A stretch of 64,000 bases of DNA from the human T2T-CHM13v2.0 reference genome, Homo sapiens, in assembly GCF_009914755.1 (NCBI RefSeq), contig NC_060930.1, one strand, 5' to 3'. Positions 54,738 through 64,000 of the stretch are shown here, piece by piece; positions within the stretch are counted from its first letter, which is position 1, and each line of letters starts with the position of its first letter. The notes beneath the pieces were generated by a model. That model was not told the DNA's origin, made no database searches, and was given only the letters and a program-made list of their open reading frames with translations. The translations under genes were made by a program, and so were the position numbers.

Positions 54738-57288
54738 GGATCCTTCCTTTTGATAGAGCAGTTTTGAAACCCTGTTTTTGTAGTATTTCCAAGCGGATAT
54801 TTGGAACGCCTTGAAGCGTATGGTAGAAAAGGAAATATCTTCCCATAAAACCTAGACAGAACCAATCTCAGAAACGACTTTGTGATGTCTGCATTCAAGT
54901 CACAGAGTTGAACATTTCTCTTGATAGAGCAGTTTTGAAACCCTCTTTCTGAAGGATCTGCAAGTGGATATTTGGAACTCCTTTGGGTCTTCGTTGGAAA
55001 CGGGATTTCTTCGTATAAATCTAGACAGAAGAATTCTCAGAAACTTCCTTGTGATGTGTGCATTCAACTCAGCGAGTGGCACCTTCCTTTGGATACAGCA
55101 GTTTTGAAACACTGTTTTTGTAGTATTTCCAAGCGGATATTTAGAGCGCCTTGAAGCCTATGCTAGAAATGGAAATATCTCCCCATAAAACCAAGACGGA
55201 AGCAATCTCAGAAACTAATGTGTGATGGCTGCATTCCACACACACGGTGGACCATTTCTCTTGATAGAGCAGTTTTGAAACACTCTTTCTGTAGAATCTG
55301 CAAGTGGATAATTGGACCTCCGAGAGGCCTTCGTTGGAAACGGGATTTCTTCATCTAAACCTACAGAGAAGTATTCTCAGTAACTTCTTCGGATGTGTGC
55401 ATTCGACGCACAGAATGGAACATTCCCTTTGATAGAGCAGTTTTGAGACACCGTTTTTGTAGAATTCCCAAGTGGATATTTAGAGCACTTTGAAGTCTCT
55501 GCTAGAAAAGGAAACATCATCATGTAAAAAGTAGATAGAATCGTTCTCAGAAAGTGCTTAGTGTCGTGTGCGTTCAACTCACAGAGTTTAACGTTTCTTT
55601 TGATAGAGCGTTTCTGAAACACCCTTCTTGTAGTAGCTGCAAGTGGATATTTGGACCTATTGGAGGCCTTCTTTGGAAACGGGATTTCTTCATGTAACTC
55701 TAGATTGAAGAATTCTCAGAAACTCCTTTGTGATGTGTGCATTCAATTCAAAGAGTGAAACCTCCCTTTTCACAGAGCAGTTTTGAAACACTGTTTTTGT
55801 AGGATTTCCAAGGGGATATTTATAGCGCATTGAGCCTACGGCGGAAAAAGAAACATCTTCCTATAAAAACTAGACAGAATACTTCTCAGAATCTGCTTTG
55901 CGATGTGTGCGTTCAACTCACAGAGTAAAACTTTTCTTTTGATAGAGCAGTTTTGAAACACTCTTTTTGTAGTATTTGCATGTGTATATTTAGAGCGCAT
56001 TGAAGCCCACAGTAGAAAAGGAAATAACTTCACCTAAAACCTAGACAGAAGCAATCTCAGAAACTACTTTGTGATGTGTACATTCAACTCACAGAGTGGA
56101 ACTTTCCTCTTTATAGAGCAGTGTTGAAACACTCTTTTTGTAGAAACTGCAAGTGGATATTTGGACCTCTTTGAGGCCTTCGTTGGAAACGGGATTTCTT
56201 CCTATAACCCTAGACAGAAGAATTTTCAGAAACCTCATTGTGATGTGTGCGTTCATCTCACAGAGTGGAGTCTTCCGTTTGATAGAGAAGTTTTGAAACC
56301 CTGTTCTTGTAGGATTTCCAAGTGGATATTTAGACCACTTTGAAGCCTATGATAGAAAAGGAAACATCTTCATGGAAAACATAGATAGAATCATCCTCAG
56401 AAACAACTTTGTGATGTGTGCGTTGAACTCACCGTCTTTAACCTTTCTTTTGGTAGAGAAGTTTTGAAACACTCTCTTTGTAAAGTCTACAAGTGGATAT
56501 TTTGAGCCCTTGGAGGCATTCTTTGGAAAAGGGAATGTCTTCACATAAAAGGCAGACGGAAGTGTTCTCAGAAACTGCTTTGTGATGTCTGTGTTCAACT
56601 CACAGAGTTTAACATTTCCTTTGATAGAGCGGTTTAGTAACCCTCTCTTTGTAGAATTTGGAAGTGTATACTAAGAGCGCTTTGAGGCCTATGGTAGAAA
56701 AGGAAATATCTTTCCATAAAAGCTAGACAGAAGCAATCTCAGAAACTCCTCTGTGATGTCTGCATTCAACTCACCGAGTGGAACATTCCTCTTGATAGAG
56801 CAGTTTGGAAACACTCTTTCTGTAGAATCAGCTTGTTTGTATTTGGACCTCCTTGAGGCCTTCGTTGGAAACGGGTTTTCATCTTATAAACCCAGACAGA
56901 AGAATTCTCAGAGTCTTCTTTGTGATGTGTGCTTTCAACTCACCGAGATAAAGATTTCTCTTGATAGAGCAATTTGGAAACACTCTTTTTGTAGAATTTG
57001 CAAGGGTACATTGAGAGCGCTTTCAGGCCTATGGTAGAAAAGGGAATATCTTTCCATAAAAGGTAGACAGAAGCAATCTCAGAAACTACTTTGTGATGTG
57101 TGCATTCAACTCACCGAGTGCAACGTTCCTCTTGACCGAGCAGTTTGGAAACATTGTTTCTGTAGAATCTGCAAGTGGATATTTGGACCTCTTTGAGGCC
57201 TTCGTTGGAAACGGGATTTCTTCCTATAAACCCAGACAGAAGAATTCTCAGAGACTTCTTTGTGATGTGTGAATTCAACTCACAGTGT
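54738..57288 (+). repeat. 15-mer HOR variant #7
   Basis: 2551 bp; junction at 55018-55038. Confidence 0.95.
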
Positions 57289-60200
57289 GGATCCTTCCTT
57301 TTGATAGAGCAGTTTTGAAACCCTGTTTTTGTAGTATTTCCAAGCGGATATTCGGAACGCCTTGAAGCGTATGGTAGAAAAGGAAATATCTTCCCATAAA
57401 ACCTAGACAGAACCAATCTCAGAAACGACTTTGTGATGTCTGCATTCAAGTCACAGAGTTGAACATTTCTCTTGATAGAGCAGTTTTGAAACCCTCTTTC
57501 TGAAGGATCTGCAAGTGGATATTTGGAACTCCTTTGGGTCTTCGTTGGAAACGGGATTTCTTCGTATAAATCTAGACAGAAGAATTCTCCGAAACTTCTT
57601 TGGTTGTGTGCATTCAAGTCACAGAGTGGAACCTTCCTTTGGATAGAGCAGTTTGAAACGCCGTGGTTGTAGTATTTCCAAGCGGATATTAGAGCGCCTT
57701 GAGGCCTATGGTAGAAAAGGAAATATCTTCCCATAAAACCTAGACGGAAGCAATCTCAGAAACTACTGTGTGATGGCTGCATTCCACACACACGGTGGAA
57801 CATTTCTCTTGATAGAGCAGTTTTGAAACACTCTTTCTGTAGAATCTGCAAGTGGATAATTGGACCGCCTTGAGGCCTTCGTTGGAAACGGGATTTCTTC
57901 ATGTTACTCTAGATAGAAGAATTCTCAAACACTGCTATGTGATGTTTGCATTCAAGTCACAGAGTGCAACATTCCTCTTGGTAGAGCAGTTGGGAAACAC
58001 TCCTTTTGTAGAATCTGCAATGGGATATTTGGACTTCTTTGAGGCCTTCGTTGGAAACGGGATTTCTTCGTATGAATCTAGACAGAAGAATTCTCAGAAA
58101 CTTCCTTGTGATGTGTGCATTCAACTCAGCGAGTGGCACCTTCCTTTGGATACAGCAGTTTTGAAACACTTTTTGTAGTATTTCCAAGCGGATATTTAGA
58201 GCGCCTTGAAGTCTATGCTAGAAATGGAAATATCTCCCCATAAAACCAAGACAGAAGCAATCTCAGAAACTAATGTGTGATGGCTGCATTCCACACACAC
58301 GGTGGACCATTTCTCTTGATAGAGCAGTTTTGAAACACTCTTTCTGTAGAATCTGCAAGTGGATAATTGGACCTCCTAGAGGCCTTCGTTGGAAACGGGA
58401 TTTCTTCATCTAAACCTACAGAGAAGAATTCTCAGTAACTTCTTCGGATGTGTGCATTCGACGCACAGAATGGAACATTCCCTTTGATAGAGCAGTTTTG
58501 AGACACCGTTTTTGTAGAATTCCCAAGTGGATATTTAGAGCACTTTGAAGTCTCTGCTAGAAAAGGAAACATCTTCATGTAAAAAGTAGATAGAATCGTT
58601 CTCAGAAAGTGCTTAGTGACGTGTGCGTTCAACTCACAGAGTTTAACGTTTCTTTTGATAGAGCGTTTCTGAAACACCCTTCTTGTAGTAGCTGCAAGTG
58701 GATATTTGGACCTATTGGAGGCCTTCTTTGGAAATGGGATTTCTTCATGTAACTCTAGATTGAAGAGTTCTCAGAAACTCCTTTGTGATGTGTGCATTCA
58801 ATTCAAAGAGTGAAACCTCCCTTTTCACAGAGCAGTTTTGAAACACTGTTTTTGTAGGATTTCCAAGGGGATATTTATAGCGCATTGAGCCTACGGCGGA
58901 AAAAGAAACATCTTCCTATAAAAACTAGACAGAATACTTCTCAGAATCTGCTTTGCGATGTGTGCGTTCAACTCACAGAGTAAAACTTTTCTTTTGATAG
59001 AGCAGTTTTGAAACACTCTTTTTGTAGTATTTGCATGTGTATATTTAGAGCGCATTGAAGCCCACAGTAGAAAAGGAAATAACTTCACCTAAAACCTAGA
59101 CAGAAGCAATCTCAGAAACTACTTTGTGATGTGTACATTCAACTCACAGAGTGGAACTTTCCTCTTTATAGAGCAGTGTTGAAACACTCTTTTTGTAGAA
59201 ACTGCAAGTGGATATTTGGACCTCTTTGAGGCCTTCGTTGGAAACGGGATTTCTTCCTATAACCCTAGACAGAAGAATTTTCAGAAACCTCATTGTGATG
59301 TGTGCGTTCATCTCACAGAGTGGAGTCTTCCGTTTGATAGAGAAGTTTTGAAACCCTGTTCTTGTAGGATTTCCAAGTGGATATTTAGACCACTTTGAAG
59401 CCTATGATAGAAAAGGAAACATCTTCATGGAAAACATAGATAGAATCATCCTCAGAAACAACTTTGTGATGTGTGCGTTGAACTCACCGTCTTTAACCTT
59501 TCTTTTGGTAGAGAAGTTTTGAAACACTCTCTTTGTAAAGTCTACAAGTGGATATTTTGAGCCCTTGGAGGCATTCTTTGGAAAAGGGAATGTCTTCACA
59601 TAAAAGGCAGACGGAAGTGTTCTCAGAAACTGCTTTGTGATGTCTGTGTTCAACTCACAGAGTTTAACATTTCCTTTGATAGAGCGGTTTAGTAACCCTC
59701 TCTTTGTAGAATTTGGAAGTGTATACTAAGAGCGCTTTGAGGCCTATGGTAGAAAAGGAAATATCTTTCCATAAAAGCTAGACAGAAGCAATCTCAGAAA
59801 CTCCTTTGCGATGTCTGCATTCAACTCACCGAGTGGAACATTCCTCTTGAGAGAGCAGTTTGGAAACACTCTTTCTGTAGAATCAGCTTGTTTGTATTTG
59901 GACCTCCTTGAGGCCTTCGTTGGAAACGGGTTTTCATCTTATAAACCCAGACAGAAGAATTCTCAGAGTCTTCTTTGTGATGTGTGCTTTCAACTCACCG
60001 AGATAAAGATTTCTCTTGATAGAGCAATTTGGAAACACTCTTTTTGTAGAATTTGCAAGGGTACATTGAGAGCGCTTTCAGGCCTATGGTAGAAAAGGGA
60101 ATATCTTTCCATAAAAGGTAGACAGAAGCAATCTCAGAAACTACTTTGTGATGTGTGCATTCAACTCACCGAGTGCAACGTTCCTCTTGACCGAGCAGTT

Positions 60201-60343
60201 TGGAAACATTGTTTCTGTAGAATCTGCAAGTGGATATTTGGACCTCTTTGAGGCCTTCGTTGGAAACGGGATTTCTTCCTATAAACCCAGACAGAAGAAT
60301 TCTCAGAGACTTCTTTGTGATGTGTGAATTCAACTCACAGTGT
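57289..60343 (+). repeat. 18-mer HOR with a private 2 bp deletion (3055 bp)
   Basis: aaacact--ttttgtag near 58170 versus aaacactgtttttgtag elsewhere; the ORF track shifts by 2 bp. Confidence 0.93.
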
Positions 60344-62894
60344 GGATCCTTCCTTTTGATAGAGCAGTTTTGAAACCCTGTTTTTGTAGTATTTCCAAGC
60401 GGATATTTGGAACGCCTTGAAGCGTATGGTAGAAAAGGAAATATCTTCCCATAAAACCTAGACAGAACCAATCTCAGAAACGACTTTGTGATGTCTGCAT
60501 TCAAGTCACAGAGTTGAACATTTCTCTTGATAGAGCAGTTTTGAAACCCTCTTTCTGAAGGATCTGCAAGTGGATATTTGGAACTCCTTTGGGTCTTCGT
60601 TGGAAACGGGATTTCTTCGTATAAATCTAGACAGAAGAATTCTCAGAAACTTCCTTGTGATGTGTGCATTCAACTCAGCGAGTGGCACCTTCCTTTGGAT
60701 ACAGCAGTTTTGAAACACTGTTTTTGTAGTATTTCCAAGCGGATATTTAGAGCGCCTTGAAGCCTATGCTAGAAATGGAAATATCTCCCCATAAAACCAA
60801 GACGGAAGCAATCTCAGAAACTAATGTGTGATGGCTGCATTCCACACACACGGTGGACCATTTCTCTTGATAGAGCAGTTTTGAAACACTCTTTCTGTAG
60901 AATCTGCAAGTGGATAATTGGACCTCCGAGAGGCCTTCGTTGGAAACGGGATTTCTTCATCTAAACCTACAGAGAAGTATTCTCAGTAACTTCTTCGGAT
61001 GTGTGCATTCGACGCACAGAATGGAACATTCCCTTTGATAGAGCAGTTTTGAGACACCGTTTTTGTAGAATTCCCAAGTGGATATTTAGAGCACTTTGAA
61101 GTCTCTGCTAGAAAAGGAAACATCATCATGTAAAAAGTAGATAGAATCGTTCTCAGAAAGTGCTTAGTGTCGTGTGCGTTCAACTCACAGAGTTTAACGT
61201 TTCTTTTGATAGAGCGTTTCTGAAACACCCTTCTTGTAGTAGCTGCAAGTGGATATTTGGACCTATTGGAGGCCTTCTTTGGAAACCGGGTTTCTTCATG
61301 TAACTCTAGATTGAAGAATTCTCAGAAACTCCTTTGTGATGTGTGCATTCAATTCAAAGAGTGAAACCTCCCTTTTCACAGAGCAGTTTTGAAACACTGT
61401 TTTTGTAGGATTTCCAAGGGGATATTTATAGCGCATTGAGCCTACGGCGGAAAAAGAAACATCTTCCTATAAAAACTAGACAGAATACTTCTCAGAATCT
61501 GCTTTGCGATGTGTGCGTTCAACTCACAGAGTAAAACTTTTCTTTTGATAGAGCAGTTTTGAAACACTCTTTTTGTAGTATTTGCATGTGTATATTTAGA
61601 GCGCATTGAAGCCCACAGTAGAAAAGGAAATAACTTCACCTAAAACCTAGACAGAAGCAATCTCAGAAACTACTTTGTGATGTGTACATTCAACTCACAG
61701 AGTGGAACTTTCCTCTTTATAGAGCAGTGTTGAAACACTCTTTTTGTAGAAACTGCAAGTGGATATTTGGACCTCTTTGAGGCCTTCGTTGGAAACGGGA
61801 TTTCTTCCTATAACCCTAGACAGAAGAATTTTCAGAAACCTCATTGTGATGTGTGCGTTCATCTCACAGAGTGGAGTCTTCCGTTTGATAGAGAAGTTTT
61901 GAAACCCTGTTCTTGTAGGATTTCCAAGTGGATATTTAGACCACTTTGAAGCCTATGATAGAAAAGGAAACATCTTCATGGAAAACATAGATAGAATCAT
62001 CCTCAGAAACAACTTTGTGATGTGTGCGTTGAACTCACCGTCTTTAACCTTTCTTTTGGTAGAGAAGTTTTGAAACACTCTCTTTGTAAAGTCTACAAGT
62101 GGATATTTTGAGCCCTTGGAGGCATTCTTTGGAAAAGGGAATGTCTTCACATAAAAGGCAGACGGAAGTGTTCTCAGAAACTGCTTTGTGATGTCTGTGT
62201 TCAACTCACAGAGTTTAACATTTCCTTTGATAGAGCGGTTTAGTAACCCTCTCTTTGTAGAATTTGGAAGTGTATACTAAGAGCGCTTTGAGGCCTATGG
62301 TAGAAAAGGAAATATCTTTCCATAAAAGCTAGACAGAAGCAATCTCAGAAACTCCTTTGCGATGTCTGCATTCAACTCACCGAGTGGAACATTCCTCTTG
62401 AGAGAGCAGTTTGGAAACACTCTTTCTGTAGAATCAGCTTGTTTGTATTTGGACCTCCTTGAGGCCTTCGTTGGAAACGGGTTTTCATCTTATAAACCCA
62501 GACAGAAGAATTCTCAGAGTCTTCTTTGTGATGTGTGCTTTCAACTCACCGAGATAAAGATTTCTCTTGATAGAGCAATTTGGAAACACTCTTTTTGTAG
62601 AATTTGCAAGGGTACATTGAGAGCGCTTTCAGGCCTATGGTAGAAAAGGGAATATCTTTCCATAAAAGGTAGACAGAAGCAATCTCAGAAACTACTTTGT
62701 GATGTGTGCATTCAACTCACCGAGTGCAACGTTCCTCTTGACCGAGCAGTTTGGAAACATTGTTTCTGTAGAATCTGCAAGTGGATATTTGGACCTCTTT
62801 GAGGCCTTCGTTGGAAACGGGATTTCTTCCTATAAACCCAGACAGAAGAATTCTCAGAGACTTCTTTGTGATGTGTGAATTCAACTCACAGTGT
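60344..62894 (+). repeat. 15-mer HOR variant #8
   Basis: 2551 bp; junction at 60624-60644. Confidence 0.95.
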
Positions 62895-64000
62895 GGATCC
62901 TTCCTTTTGATAGAGCAGTTTTGAAACCCTGTTTTTGTAGTATTTCCAAGCGGATATTTGGAACGCCTTGAAGCGTATGGTAGAAAAGGAAATATCTTCC
63001 CATAAAACCTAGACAGAACCAATCTCAGAAACGACTTTGTGATGTCTGCATTCAAGTCACAGAGTTGAACATTTCTCTTGATAGAGCAGTTTTGAAACCC
63101 TCTTTCTGAAGGATCTGCAAGTGGATATTTGGAACTCCTTTGGGTCTTCGTTGGAAACGGGATTTCTTCGTATAAATCTAGACAGAAGAATTCTCCGAAA
63201 CTTCTTTGGTTGTGTGCATTCAAGTCACAGAGTGGAACCTTCCTTTGGATAGAGCAGTTTGAAACGCCGTGGTTGTAGTATTTCCAAGCGGATATTAGAG
63301 CGCCTTGAGGCCTATGGTAGAAAAGGAAATATCTTCCCATAAAACCTAGACGGAAGCAATCTCAGAAACTACTGTGTGATGGCTGCATTCCACACACACG
63401 GTGGAACATTTCTCTTGATAGAGCAGTTTTGAAACACTCTTTCTGTAGAATCTGCAAGTGGATAATTGGACCGCCTTGAGGCCTTCGTTGGAAACGGGAT
63501 TTCTTCATGTTACTCTAGATAGAAGAATTCTCAAACACTGCTATGTGATGTTTGCATTCAAGTCACAGAGTGCAACATTCCTCTTGGTAGAGCAGTTGGG
63601 AAACACTCCTTTTGTAGAATCTGCAATGGGATATTTGGACTTCTTTGAGGCCTTCGTTGGAAACGGGATTTCTTCGTATGAATCTAGACAGAAGAATTCT
63701 CAGAAACTTCCTTGTGATGTGTGCATTCAACTCAGCGAGTGGCACCTTCCTTTGGATACAGCAGTTTTGAAACACTGTTTTTGTAGTATTTCCAAGCGGA
63801 TATTTAGAGCGCCTTGAAGCCTATGCTAGAAATGGAAATATCTCCCCATAAAACCAAGACAGAAGCAATCTCAGAAACTAATGTGTGATGGCTGCATTCC
63901 ACACACACGGTGGACCATTTCTCTTGATAGAGCAGTTTTGAAACACTCTTTCTGTAGAATCTGCAAGTGGATAATTGGACCTCCTAGAGGCCTTCGTTGG
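62895..64000 (+). repeat. Partial 18-mer HOR (truncated by the window end)
   Basis: Contains the 18-mer-specific block (ttctccgaaacttctttggttgtg near 63191); ends inside a CENP-B box. Confidence 0.93.

Larger units (their letters stand above)
1..64000 (+). repeat. Alpha satellite higher-order repeat array (centromeric), 18-mer 3057 bp HOR with 15-mer 2551 bp variants; most likely human chr6 D6Z1 / S1C6H1L (SF1)
   Basis: ~170 bp monomers with alphoid motifs (tgtgatgtgtgcattcaactcacagag, gatagagcagttttgaaacactc, gtagaatctgcaagtggatatttgga). Near-identical units recur at 3057 or 2551 bp: the ORF anchor recurs at 836, 3387, 6444, 9501, ... 60983. One GGATCC per unit (2748, 5299, 8356, ...). Alphoid identity is certain. 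The D6Z1 name rests on recalled 18-mer, ~3 kb BamHI periodicity. Confidence 0.97.

Noticed and set aside
1-64000. Possible transposon insertion, inversion or non-satellite island
   Set aside because: Every inter-unit distance is 3057, 3055 or 2551 bp, and ORF strand and order never flip, which leaves no room for an insertion or inversion.
1-64000. Claim that this window is the kinetochore (CENP-A / hypomethylated) site or produces a specific ncRNA
   Set aside because: Both are epigenetic or transcriptional properties that cannot be read from sequence. High homogeneity and intact boxes only indicate a live-type HOR array.

Overview
The whole 64 kb window is one uninterrupted, head-to-tail, single-orientation array of primate centromeric alpha satellite (~170 bp monomers) organised as a higher-order repeat (HOR). 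The main unit is 3057 bp (18 monomers) with one BamHI site per unit and CENP-B boxes in roughly every other monomer. This matches what I recall of the live human chromosome 6 centromeric array D6Z1 (S1C6H1L, suprachromosomal family 1); that assignment is from recall, not a database search. Between BamHI sites there are 21 complete units: 13 18-mers (one is 3055 bp) and 8 15-mers (2551 bp). The 15-mers all lack the same 506 bp three-monomer block. Unit order, counting the partial units at each end: (18),15,18,18,18,18,15,18,15,18,18,18,15,18,15,18,18,15,18,15,18,15,(18). I found no genes, RNA genes, transposon insertions or inversions. All listed ORFs are chance reading frames repeated with the HOR. 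I see no new protein-coding system. The interesting signal is the array's own evolution. The 15-mer has a single origin, with its crossover in a 21 bp identity tract just 3' of a CENP-B box. An SNV haplotype is linked to that deletion. There are nested multi-HOR duplications with offsets of 5608, 8665 and 17330 bp, several recombinant units with mappable breakpoints, and an internal duplication inside the 18-mer that explains where the deletion occurred. Variant calls were made by eye with help from the ORF track, so some SNVs may have been missed.
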